DNA from: Utricularia gibba
Lineage: Eukaryota; Plantae; Magnoliophyta
NCBI GenBank assembly: GCA_002189035.1
Contig: NEEC01000008.1
Span: 2,418,001-2,482,000, forward strand
Direction: 5' to 3'
DNA: 64,000 nt
Positions 14,859-27,224 of this stretch are shown here, piece after piece (positions within the stretch are counted from its first letter, which is position 1; each line of letters begins with the position of its first letter). Below the pieces are notes generated by a model. The model made no database searches. It saw nothing but the letters and a program-made list of their open reading frames with translations, and had not been told where the DNA came from. The position numbers were made by a program, and so were the translations under genes.

Positions 14859-15348
14859 GGGAGACATGGGAATGAGACGGCGAATTGTTACTGGGATGCC
14901 TGGGCCTGTAGTGTCAAATAATCCGGGAGCCGGTGAACAGCTCCAATCGCATGTACAGAATTGGTATGTATTGTAATGTCACCCACAAGTTGCTTGTTAA
15001 GAAATCTGCATCTGCAAACAAGCTTTTAAGTATGCCGCCGAGAGCCATCATCAATCGATCTGGTCAGTCGACGGCGCGGTGGTCGAACCACGAGGTATAC
15101 CGTACAATCTGCTTCCGCCGCCCAACTCCGACCCACTGTCACATGAGGTCATTTTTTAAAATACCCACTGTCATACAAGTAATTTATAAAATTATACAAG
15201 GTGTGTATTGTGTACGTTTAGTGTGTGTAACTTTACTAAATTACACTTTATTACTATATATGTAAATATTGTGTTATAAATATTATAATTTATATTTTAT
15301 AATACTAAATAATGATTTTCAGTATAATGTTTTATTGAAAATCATCAC

Positions 15349-15622
15349 TTAAAATCAACTCATTTTTATAATAACCAATAATTTTTAAATAATGTGAACA
15401 TTAATAATATATATTTCATAATCTCAAACTAATTTTTGACTTAAAACCAATTCGTTTTTATAATAAATAATATTTTTTAAATAATTTTAATACTAATAAT
15501 ATACATTTCATAAAATCAAAATAATTTTTAATCTAAAATCAACTTGTTTTTATAATAAACAATATTTTTTAAATAATTTTAATACTAATAATATACATTT
15601 TATAAGATCAAAATAATTTTTG
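15349..15622. repeat. AT-rich tandem repeat, about 92-93 bp unit x3
   Basis: taataatat..atttcata starts at 15402, 15494 and 15587; aaaa(t/c)caa(c/t)t starts at 15351, 15443 and 15535. Confidence 0.8.
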
Positions 15623-16856
15623 AAAAAATATAAAATATTATTTACTAAAAACATTTTATTGAAAATCATCATCAATTATTATAAAAATACAAGTTATAAT
15701 ATTTACCATATAATATTAACATATATATTTAAAAAAGTACAATTTCATAAATGTACATACACACACTCATACAGTGTGCATTTGTAAACAAGTTTTATGG
15801 CAGTGAGTATTTTTATAGTAAACAAGCTTTTCTGTTTTTTTTTTAAAAAAATGTTTTCAAATTATATCATTTCTTTTAAAACTTGATCGAAATTCTGGTT
15901 TTTAATCGAATTCGAATTTTGAATATTGACTATAATATATTGGAAGCGTGAGTATGTAAAAAATAGCAATTATAGCTATATTTTTTTAGCAACTTTATTG
16001 ATATACTTATAAAATAAAATATTTGTGTATTATTTGAATATATATAATAATCAAATTATAAATCAAACACTTTTTTTAAGAAAATGAATAAATGCTATGA
16101 TTTTATATAATATAATTAATATTATCGTATTATAAATATTAATTATATTACTATTATCTTATCACTGATCATAAGAAATTACTATTATCTTATTAATAGT
16201 GTATTATTATTATAATATAAAATTGATAAAACCCTCTAAACCCCTAGATGACACTTTTGGTTTTGATCAAGAGTCAACAAGCTGACTAAATATCTTTTTT
16301 ATTCTGGTGTCAACTGTCACATTATCTCACATACTTAATAAAAAAAATTAATTAATAAAAATCAATTTTATCACATACTAAAAATAGACTGATCAGATTT
16401 GTACTACCTCTTTTTAAATTTATAAGTAATATTAATATAATAATACATTTTAAGACAAATAGCTTAATTTTTTTATTTGATTTCAAAAAATTATAAATTA
16501 CTGAAAAATAATTTATTCTTTGTATTTTATCTTATCTTTATAATTTTTTCGTTTTTTTATGTTATTAATAATATTTTTTGGATTTAAAATTTAGGGTTTC
16601 AATTTTAAAGGTTACTATTTAGTATTTTCAACTTAGAAATATTATATATCAAGTTTTCGTAATTTATGATTGTATCTTCACCAAACGCATGTTATTGTTG
16701 CACAACTCACAACTCACAACGTGAATATATTAATATTAAGGATAAGGAAAGCAAGGAGAGGCAGCACAGGGCTCTCTGCTTTCAGTAGAAGACGCCAATG
16801 CGGATCCCCCGACGGAGGAACTTTATTGCAATCGGCTCGACGGGGAGAGTTGTTCT

Positions 16857-17175
16857 TCAGGGATCGTGGACTGGTGGCCATGGGAACGGCGTCCCGTAGG
16901 GAGTTGGGTGGATCTCAATCACACGCTTCGATTCTTCCAGCGGCCCCAAAATCTTCCTGTTGCTGTAGGGCGATGATGCCGCCGCAGCCGCACCTTCAAA
17001 AAAGACAACCATCACCAATATCTCAGTGATCTGCAGCCTATTTGCATTGCTCTCCTACCTATTTGGGGTTTGAAAACAGAAAATTTGATCTCAAGAAAAC
17101 TGAGCTCACCTTGGGGATCAGCGCCGCCATGATGAACAGCAAGATTGCAAAAACAACTGCAGCTGTCTTGGCCAT
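16857..17175 (-). CDS. Candidate small secreted peptide precursor (PSY/RGF-like), 2 exons; not in the ORF track
   Basis: TATAAA near 17260 and a gccATGG start at 17175. Exon 1 (17175-17110) encodes MAKTAAVVFAILLFIMAALIPK with donor AAG|GTGAGC. An acceptor at 17030 (in frame) or 16993 leads to GAAAASSPYSNRKILGPLEESKRVIEIHPTPYGTPFPWPPVHDP*. Confidence 0.65.
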
Positions 17176-17539
17176 GGCGATCAACAAATCTGGGCGGCTG
17201 GTGTCTCTCTTTCTCCTGCAAAATATGTATGAAATACACCTCCGGGGTGTGGAAATTTATAGAACAGGAGCTGGGCTTGTGTGGGAGAATCCTTATCAAT
17301 GCTCCTGATTCCTTGCCCTTCTTGTGCGGATTTTACGACCACCCCAATTTGAACATTCAAACCAATGCATTTTTCCTGCGTGAATGTTATGTACGGAGAA
17401 TCTTCTAAATAAGAAAGTTCCAGTCATGCTTTAAAAACTAAATCGTTCCGAGTACTTAGCGGCAACGGTTCACGCACACACAAATATTAAGTATCTAAAC
17501 TGTAATTTTACTATGGTTTTGTATCTTATTATTTAATGA

Positions 17540-19176
17540 TTATGGAGAATGCCTGTAGCTTGTCTCTCCCAGAAAGTCAAGAGTTGGCGCCGTCGCATGC
17601 TGCACATTCAGGAAGAAGAAGAAGATGAGTAACTGGAAGTACTTTCTAGTTTTTATATGTATATCAGATGGGTCGGGGGTACGTACTGGATTCAGATCCA
17701 TTACCAACTGGAAGAACTCGGTATCATAGGAGAAGAGCAGTTCATCGGAAGAAGGCTCGGGATGGGAGGCGCAAGTGGGAGCCGATGCAGGGGCCTCTAC
17801 AGTGCCTTCGAAGGGGTGAGAGCTTCCGGCGCCATCTTGGCCTACCGTGGCGTTGTCGGGATGGCCGGAGGGGTCTGCAGAGGTGCTGGGCTGGGGGACA
17901 TGCATGATTCCGGCATGGACCCGAATCTCCTGGGCTTGGGGTTCTGCTCGGGATTGGTTGCTGCCGGCAGTGTTTGGGTTCCTTGGTCCAGAGATCTCCG
18001 CCTGCTCGATGCTCTCCAAGTTTCGTTGCGACATTTCTAGTGGAGAAGAGAAGAAAAACCAGTTGGGTTGTGAGAATGAATGTTTAACATAACCTTCAAA
18101 GCTCATCAGAAATTCACAAGCTTTTAGGGTTTGCATTTTTTCTGATTTCCAAAACTGAAGCTTTTAGAAGATGGAAGGTGAACCTGTAGATGGCTTGCTA
18201 CTTGCAACCTCGTTAGCCCTTCAACATTCATTAGTTCAAGAATATCCTTGGGGAGGCACCCTGCAAAAAGCAAGAATGATATCCAGGCCAAAGGAGAGTG
18301 AAAGGAGAATGATCTTACTGTCAGGGCCGAGCTGCTTAACAGCAGCCACGAACTTGGCGTGCAGCTCTTCAGTCCACTCGATGCACGCCTTCTTCTTCGC
18401 CTTGTGAGTGGTGCTATGCATCATCTCCATGCCATGAGAGTAAGGGTCGTTGCTGTATAATATATCTCTGGTTCCATAGTCAGATTCAGCCATTCCACAG
18501 CTCCTTTCCCTCAGCTTCTCTCGAAATAAGTGCTGCCATACACATTCCAATACCTCCACGTCCAGGGGCTTCATTAGGCACAAGAATGCTCCGTTTTCAA
18601 TGGCGGTTGCAGCGAAGAGCGAGGTATCCTCATTGCTGATCACTGATTACACAAAAAAACAGGGGCTCGTTAGTTCGAACGTTATGATCGACCCATTACC
18701 TTGAATTCATGTAAATTGAATTTGCTGGAGTTACAGATGAGTGGGAAGCCCATGCAGGACGCCTTGTGAAGGAGGTCGAAAACTAGGAGCCCCATTGAAT
18801 CTATGCTCAATATCATCACGTCGAATCTTCTATCGTCCACGCCCACCACTGCACAGATAAGCATCATCCATCAACGGAAATCAATTTCACGTTAGTACCA
18901 CTCCAATACAAGATACAGAAACGAGCACATGAACCCTAGTTCATATTTCTTTCTGCAACTAGTGGGAATCACTCCCTAATGAAGTGCAAGTACAGAGAGA
19001 GCGAACAGATCCCTCAGTATACCTCTATAATTGCACAGCTCGAGCAGCCTAGTGATGTCTCTCCGGCTTTCCACGTCATTATCGAGTATCAAGACACGAA
19101 TCTCATCCATCACCGCCGTGTACGAGGCGGCGGCCGTGGAGGACGATGCAACAGCACTCTCCCTCCAGGAATTCAT
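17540..19176 (-). CDS. Type-B response regulator-like protein: pseudo-receiver plus GARP/Myb domain, about 6 exons
   Basis: Spliced reading IRVLILDND..LCNYR|VVGVDDRRFDVMILSIDSMGLLVFDLL..|ISNED..GAFLCLMKP..KKACIEWTEELHAKFVAAVKQLG|CLPKDILELMNVEGLTRLQVASHLQ|KCRNETWR..RRFGSMP. TATAAATA at about 19226-19219. The 3' end and start codon (19176 or 19110) are less certain. Confidence 0.8.
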
Positions 19177-19866
19177 GGCTCCAACGAACTCTGTAGGAGA
19201 AGAAGAAGAAAACGGAGCTATTTATAAGGATACAGAGGTATGGGTGCGAAATGTCAAAACAGCCCTCGTTACACAAGATTTCACTACCCCACTTTTCAAA
19301 ATCAATTCTTTGGCGTTGGTAATATCCCTAATTATACAAATACAATTCCAATATTCTCAATCGAATATAATTAATTAATTAATTAATCAATTATTCTGGT
19401 CAAGGAGTGTTGACCGATTTGACACACATTCGGAAGTGAAGGCATGAAATTTGCAGTCGTCACCTCCACTCCACTCAGACAAACAAAAGCCAATAGGGTC
19501 TAGAGGTAATATTGTCCTAGTTACACACCTGCAAAAATATAAAAAAAAAAGATAGGCATGAATAATAAATAGTTTGTTTCTATCAATTAGATTATAATAT
19601 TGATAATTATTTTAGGGTTTATTATAATAAAAAAATATTTATAACTAGAATCGACATTTTATTATAATATTGTAATTTTTTTTCGATGTCGGTAAAAGCA
19701 CTAGGGGTGGTGTGAACCACCGCCTTGAAAAACCTTTTTTTAAAAAAAATAAGAAATTTCTGTGTTTTGGAATATTATTATGAAATTTAATAAATTTTAA
19801 ATAAGTGGAAAAAAATTAAAACATTTTTTTGAAAACATAATGAAAAAAACTATAAATTTTTTATAG

Positions 19867-19892
19867 ATCACGTGGCGAACAAGCCACGTGAT
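19867..19892. promoter_or_regulatory. Pair of inverted G-box/ABRE elements
   Basis: ATCACGTGGC-gaacaa-GCCACGTGAT, a perfect 10-bp inverted repeat between divergently transcribed genes. Confidence 0.55.
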
Positions 19893-20190
19893 GAAAGTGA
19901 GGTGCGTGTGTTGGGGCGTACTCGTCTTTTAGCACTTGTGTTGGCTATTCGGGTTTGGGCCCAGGAGGAAGATGGGCGGGTCCATTGAGCCCATCTCAAT
20001 TGGTGGGATTAGGTATCGTGCCGCAGCTTTGTTCCCTCTTCCCGTGTCTCTTTGCCCATCCAATTTGCTGTGGAATTGAAACCGCAGAACGTCGTGGGCA
20101 GCATAAATTTCAATCACGATCACGCCCCGACTCTCAATTTCCCCAAAATTCCCCTAATTTCAATTTCCCCCAATCGCCGGTGAAGGAAGG

Positions 20191-20688
20191 ATGGCCAACT
20201 ACGGTACCATTCCCGCGGTCAAGCTCCAGTACATTTCTGAGGCCAACGAGCGGCTGAAGGAAGGCCTGGGCACGCTCCGCCCCTGGCCTCAAATGATCGA
20301 GCTCCACGCCTTCGGATTCCCGAGATCGTTCGCCGAGACCACCGCTCGCGTGACCAAGAATCTCGCCTACTTCCGAATGAACTACGCCATGGTGCTGCTC
20401 CTGATCTTGTTCCTTAGCCTCCTCTGGCACCCGATCTCGCTCATCGTCTTCATCGCCATGATGGCTGTCTGGCTCTTCCTGTATTTCCTCCGTGACCAGC
20501 CGCTGATGGTGTTCGGCAGATTGATTACGGATCGAGTGGTGCTGATCGTACTTCTGGTGCTCACGATTGGAGTTCTGCTCCTGACTCGCGCTACTCTCAA
20601 TATCCTGGTCTCCCTGCTCATCGCAGTTTCCGTTGTCCTGATTCACGCCACCGTGAGGAAGACCGACGACGTACCTGTCGAGGTGTAA
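20191..20688 (+). CDS. PRA1.F: Prenylated Rab acceptor PRA1 family, F clade; intronless
   Basis: MANYGTIP start, LRPW, RVTKNLAYFRMNY, two long hydrophobic segments and a HATVRKTDD end. Confidence 0.93.
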   Translation: MANYGTIPAVKLQYISEANERLKEGLGTLRPWPQMIELHAFGFPRSFAETTARVTKNLAYFRMNYAMVLLLILFLSLLWHPISLIVFIAMMAVWLFLYFLRDQPLMVFGRLITDRVVLIVLLVLTIGVLLLTRATLNILVSLLIAVSVVLIHATVRKTDDVPVEV

Positions 20689-21596
20689 GGCGGTGCGCTG
20701 CCCGGAGTTTCTTCGATTCTGTTGTGCCGGCAGATCTGATCCTCTCCCTTAATTTTTGTTATTCAAAGGCCCTTGGACTCGATATTAGTACCTGATTAGG
20801 GGAATAACCTGACCTAAACCTCCCTCTAAACCGCCTCCTAATCCCAAACCGGTAACTTAACTACCCAAGGAAATAAACTACTCTGAAAATAAACGTTATT
20901 ATCAGGGGTTTGTTTGATTGAAAAGGAATTTATTGGGGGTTTTTTTTGGTAATACCATTATTTTATGGGCTTAAGCATCACATTAGGGTCGTAAATCTTT
21001 AACTGGTTTTAATGTTCTTTAACTCCGTCTCTGGTTTCCATTTGGAGATTTTCGGGTTTTTATTCAAATTAAATACAAAAAGTATCAAGTGGGGTTGTAA
21101 CAAGATAGTAAATAGGGTTATTTACAAATCTAATCATCCTAATATGATCTCTCAGTATACTAAATTAAAAAATTACAGTGAAGTTGAATAGTATTTTTAC
21201 ACATATATCATTAAGTGATCAAATGTAATTGCAAGGAGTTTGATAACCATATCTCATATTTGTTATCAATGAGAAGGATATATGATTAAATAATAAAGAT
21301 TTTTTTAATCATATATGAGTTTAAGCTTTTTTTTTCGAAAGAAAAAATATATAATTGAAAAAATCAGATGACTAAAACAAACAATAATTAGATGATTGAA
21401 ATCAGCAATATCTTATAAACAGTAATAGAATAAAATTTGGGGTGAAAAATGTAATTTTACGATTTATTGTGGTCTTTTTAAGAAAGTAGAATTATCTCGA
21501 TCCCGTAAAATATTTAATGGATTCTGCTCCTTGGCTGAATGGTCTTAAATTATTTTATTCTTTTTTAATAAACAGACGAGAAGCGAACCGGAACCA

Positions 21597-24500
21597 ATGC
21601 AATTGCAGGGAGGCACGGGAAAGATGGGCCGCGGCGGCGGGAGTGCTGGAAAGAAGACTATTACGACTTCCTCGATCAACCGCCCTGCTTCCGGCGGCCG
21701 TTTATCCGTGGGTGGTGGGGGAGGAGGTGTTCGAGGCCGCGGAGGGGCCTCTTCCGCTGCAATCTCATCTCCGACCACCGGGTCGCTGCAAGTCGAGGAA
21801 AGTTTCAGCCTTGTGAGGGAGAAACCATTGAATTTCGGGATCGCAATAAAGCTAGCGCCTGACCTTGTGGAGGAGATCAAGCGCGTGGAGGCGCAAGGTG
21901 CCACTGCCCGTATAAAGTTCGACGTCAATGCTAACAATCCTAATGGGAATGTGAGTGCCCAACTTTATCTGGGGTTTTTTATTGAATCGTTTGAAACTTT
22001 CTATTTTCTGTTTTTTATATCAAGGTGTAAACCGGGATTTGTGTGTTCTACTGTATGTTATCATTGCTAATTCGAGTGTCTATGCATGTATTAAGCCAGG
22101 ACTTGGGATTCAGTTGAAAACTTGGGTGATCATTTGGGATTGGTGCTTTTTCATTGGATCAAATCCCCATTGCTCGAGTCAATTTCCATTATAGGTGTTA
22201 TGTTATGTTGATATTCTGTTAAAGTTAGGTCCTTTTACCTTTGGCGTTTTCATCACGGAAAACGGTTTTTTAGCTTCAATTAGTGGAGCCACCAGTGTAC
22301 GAAATGTCATGTTAATTTATTGAAAGTACCTTGCGTTGGTAGAGAGCGATCATTTCTGCAGCCCAAAGCGTTTTTTCTCTCGCATTGTGTGCAAGAACTG
22401 GTGAAAACATTTAATATCATTTTTGGGAAAAATCCCTTATTGCTTCACTACAGAGCTTCTCTTTGTTGTCTAGGATATTTCTGTTCGAATTGTACAGTGG
22501 GAATAATGTTGGCTGTCGTGTTATCACTATGACTGTTATTTCTGTGGCCTTTCGACTTGAATGAAAACATCTTCTAATATGTTTCCAGTTGCTTTTTCTT
22601 TATTTATGTAAACTATCCTCATCACAGTTTTTATCGACAGGTTATTCATGCGGGAGATAAAGTCTTTAAATTTACATGGTCAAGAGAACCTGGGGACTTG
22701 TGTGATGTATATGAAGAATTTGGAAGTGGTGATGACGGAAATGGCTTGCTTTTAGAGTCTGGAAGCACTTGGCGTAAGCTGAATGTGGAGCGAGAATTAG
22801 ATGATTCAACTAAAAACCACGTCAAAAGGCTTTCAGAAGAAGCTGAGCGTAAACAAAAATCACGCAAGTATGCTTTCTTTGCATGAATTTTATGAAGTTG
22901 ATAGCAAATATTTGCTCTATCATTTCTGCTGTGATATTTATGTGTAACCTTTTTCTTTGTGGACATTGAGGGATTATCCATGTTTAGTTCACTAAGAGTT
23001 TTTTTTTTTTTTTTTTGTTGCATGAAACAGAGCGATTGTCTTAGACCATCAAAATCCTTCCATGAAGAATCATATCAAAGCAGCTGCTAATGTTGGGTGT
23101 AAGTCCTTTTTAGTTTTCATGTTATATTCTCTCTATGTTTAGACAATGCAATGACAAGAATGTTTCTGATAGTTGTTTTATGCGCTGAGGAACTCGGTAC
23201 TAATTCCTTATTTTTGTGATCTCTGCTGCTATGAGTTGAGTTCTTATGTGATGTTCTGTAGATACTTTTTTCCAGCTTCCCACCCATCCCCTGTTATCTC
23301 AATGTGAACACTTTATTTGATGAAAAGATGGCAGATCATGTAATAAATAGTGTGATTTGTTTTGCACAACAGTATATGCTGTTATCTGATACGTTACATG
23401 TCGTTTCTGTTTCTTAGCTCATCCATGGAGAGGCTTAAAATCTCGGAAGGAACCCCCTTTCAAGAAGATGAAGCCTGAACCTCCTTTAGGTAATATTGTA
23501 ATAGATATATTTTTTTTTCTTATGTGGTATCATATTCTAGGTTTGTGCAAACCCAAGGTTATATACTTTTTTTAAGAAAAAAAAACTAATTAGACAGTCA
23601 GTGGTTTTAGTTTTAGTTTTACTATGTTATGATTATTCATAGCCTTTGCCTGTCTATAAATTACCGCAGGTGGCCCTCCTTTAACTTTCTCTAAAGCTGG
23701 TTCGTCAACAACTCCCATTTCAAAGGTTAATTTGTCCTCTGGGTCCCCTTTGCTTTCTCTACAAGAGCAACATGGGCCCCAAGCATCACCATCTAGCTGT
23801 GCCCATGTGTTGAGAGGCAATGCTGGTGCAGCAGAAGTTTCATCCACTAAAAGTACAAAGAAAATCAGTGGTGACAATGACACACACATCAGGCCTCAAA
23901 GTAGTAATGCTGGCGAACAGGCTAAACAAAATCGTAGCTCAGAGATCAAACCTCCTGATTTACGTGGTTTGATGATATCCTTGCTTCTAGGGAATCAAGA
24001 CAAAGGAATGACCATCCAAGTAAGACACAATATGCAGAAATACTTATATTTGCAATTCCTTAGCCCATTGCTTTCTTCACATTTCCATTGAAAGAGGGGA
24101 CATGAACTAGAAGGTGGTGATGTTATCCACTGAAGTTTTGTATACATTGTGTTAGAGTGCATCAAGACATCTTGTGGGAAGCAGGCTGCGGTGGTGTTGT
24201 AATATTCTTAATCATGTTTCTTTCGCATTTTCTTTTATAGGATTTGGAAAGAGCTCTTGGTGAAGCTGCCCCCAACTCAACCTGGCAAATTGAGCAAACC
24301 TTGAAACAAGTATGTGTCAAAAATTTTTAGTGATAACAAATGGTGCAAACTCTGGGCACTTATCTGAATTGTTGTTGTTCAGATTGCAGTTTATCATGCT
24401 TCTGGGAAATATATTTTGAAACCAGGAGTGGAGATGGAAATTCTGAATAAACAGCCGTATCAAAGTCAAAGGTCTGTGTGCCTTACAGAAGTCATTTTCA

Positions 24501-27224
24501 CGTGTTTATTATATTATTAGGGATGTTTCTGATTTTTCTTTGAATTATAAAAGAGCAGAGCTCTCTTAGGCGTGAGTTTGTGTCACAAAATCATGTTATC
24601 CAGCGCTTCTCCTTCATTCATGCAACAGTTGAAGAATAATGGACGTGCTTAACATTTACATTGTCGAATTCTGATGTCTTGTTTTCTTTCAGTTCTCCAG
24701 AACTTAGTCATCACCAGGCACTGGATTTCCAGAAGATCAACAGTCTTTCTTCTCAAGATCCTACTTCCACCACTGCAGCAGCTACCAAGAATGAACAGAA
24801 AAATGTATTGAGGGCCAGTCCGGTGGTAACTGAAGACATGGAGAAAATTGATATACTAAGTAACTCGCCAGAGCATTCAAATGAAAAAAAGAATTCCAAC
24901 AACAGTGACGGTACAGCAGGCAGCTCCAGTGATAGCAGAAGTGGAAGTGAAAGTGGTGATAGTAGTGAAAGTGAGAGTGATAGTTCAAGTCATAGCAGAA
25001 GTAAAAGTAGAAGCCCGCAGCAGAGTAACAGTGCAAGCAGTTCGGATACCACTGTCAGTAGCAAGCAGGCGTCTGATGAAGATGTAGACATTATGACAAG
25101 TGATGATGATAAGGAATCAATTCACAGATTGAAAGATTCTGGAGTGGCCTCATTCAAATCTCCCATTAATATTGGGGATTACGGAAAGCCTGATGGTATT
25201 TCTGATAATGCTGAAAGACAAGCAGCTAATTATTTGTTTCGTAATGGAGAAGATGAAGAACCCGTAAGAATCTTATCAACTGGTGAATGTAAAAGACAAC
25301 TTGATGATACTATGTATGACGACAAGTCTCATGACAGAAAGAGGTTCAAGAGCAGAAACTCAAGTCATCCAGTTTCTGGGACTCTAAACTTTATTTTTGG
25401 TGAGAGCCCTTCCAACTCTTCTCCTGATTCTCCTGTTGAAAGTCCTGGTAAAGTAGCCACCACTATGACCGATCGCAATGGTACAACTGACCTTACTGTG
25501 CAGTCAGGTTTGAACCAAAGAATGCCAAGCTCATACACCTCCGATACTCAGAAGGGAGTTCATAGATCCTCAGAAGCTTCTGTAGTGACTGAAACCTCAT
25601 CTAGAAAAAGAAAGCCTAACACGAATGACACTTCAGTACCTTCAGTTAAGCATTCTGAAAAGGTCAAATCAGCAGCCCGGTATCAACATGGTGTTGGAGA
25701 CAAGCATTCAACATTGGCTGGGGACGTCAAAGAGACTGTCTCTCATGCTAGCTCTCACGGTAGATCTCCAGTGATGGATGTGCGCCACAATGCACTCCGA
25801 AGAGAGTTTTCAGACCTTGAATTGGGTGAACTACGAGAAACAGTGCATGATGAAACTTCTGTAGGTAAGGCTGAGTTTCAGAGTAAAGTTCTTTCCAAAC
25901 AGTTAGAAACTAGATCAATGGATCCAGGATGTCAGAATTCAGACTTGAACCGGGGGAAACCATATGAGAAAATGACTACTGATGTGGGAGAATTGTCTCC
26001 TCGACAGCCAGAAGCAGATTTTTCTAGCAATGTTGATGTGGCATCAAAGAGGAAGGCAGCTGACAATTCTGCAGATAAAATTAAAGCATCTCAATCTCAG
26101 AACAAGCAGAATCAATTTTCTGGGGATTTTGTAGACTTTGGAACCCAGAATGTCAAAGTTACTGAGATGAAAATTAAAACTAAATACAGTGATGCCCGAA
26201 GTAAGGGTGCAGCGACGAAAACCCCTGCTAATAAGGTGCCTGTGGATTCAGTTGAGCAGTTGCATGACACTGTTGGAGCTACTGGTTCCCATGTCACAAA
26301 AGTCAGCAAAAAGCAGAAGCCTGGTACAGTGGGGCAGTCAAATGGCAAATTGAGAGCCCCTTAATGAAGGGGAATAATAGGGGAGCCCAAGAAAGTAACG
26401 AATCTCCAGATGAAATCGCATCCTTGTTCATCAAGTATGAGAAGGAGGCGCCTGAAATGAAGGGGCCCATAACGGATGTTTCACAGTGAGTATTAACATT
26501 CATTTTTTAACTAACGGTCACTGTGAAAATGTTCTTACAAAATTCATCTGAGATTAGTGTCTTATTTATGCGGGATTTTGCATTTCAGGTATGAAAATTA
26601 TGTCAAAGAGTATCAAGAGAAGTATGAAAGCTATTCCTTCTTGACTAGAACACTTGGGTCATACCGGTAATATACGCTGATCCGGAGGATCATTCCAATG
26701 CCAGTGCTTAAAGTTAGCTGACTTTTTTATTTGCTGCGTGCTCAGGAACGAGTTCAATAAACTTGGGAAGGAGCTTGAGGCTAGCAAGGGCCGGGATGCA
26801 AAGAGATATCACGATAAACTGGAGCAAATGATGTCATCATATCGTGAATGTGGCGAGGTACACCAATCACTCGTTTTTACAGTCTCAATTTCATGTTGCC
26901 AGTGTGTTATTGGTAATTTAGGGCCTGAAGCTCATTCTAGTTTCTATTATCTCCATGGTTGATTCAAGCACTTGGACCACTCTTAAAATGGTCTCTAGTT
27001 TTTGCTTCTGACAAGTTCTTCTTCCACAGAGACATAAACGAATGAAGAAGGTTTTTCTTTTGCTTCATGAAGAATTGAGGGTCTGACCTCTCTCTCTCTT
27101 GATGTTTCTTTAGGGTTATCAAGATTTCATTTCCTCATTGCTTGATCGTTTCCATTCTTGTTGTTATGTGCAGCATTTGAAACAGATGATTAGAGATTTT
27201 GCCGCCTCATACAAGAAAAAATGA
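21597..27224 (+). CDS. Protein with C-terminal occludin/ELL domain and Ser/Asp-rich middle (At3g21290-like), multi-exon, with an apparent 1-nt deletion
   Basis: Exons encode LAPDLVEEIKRVEAQG..KFDVN, FTWSREPGDLCDVYEE..WRKLNVERELDDSTKNHVK, an SSSDSRSGSESGDSS tract and KYEKEAPEMKGPI|YENYVKEYQEKY..RNEF..HKRMKKVFLLLHEELRHLKQMIRDF. +1 C is needed at 26357-26360. TGA at 27222-27224. Confidence 0.85.

Noticed and set aside
16700-16860. CLE-like NKVPPSGDPH reading downstream of the candidate peptide
   Set aside because: It needs an extra hypothetical frameshift and does not match the 12-residue CLE pattern or end near a stop.
20134-20646. 170-aa Gln/His/Glu-rich ORF on the minus strand
   Set aside because: Antisense shadow of the hydrophobic PRA1 coding sequence.
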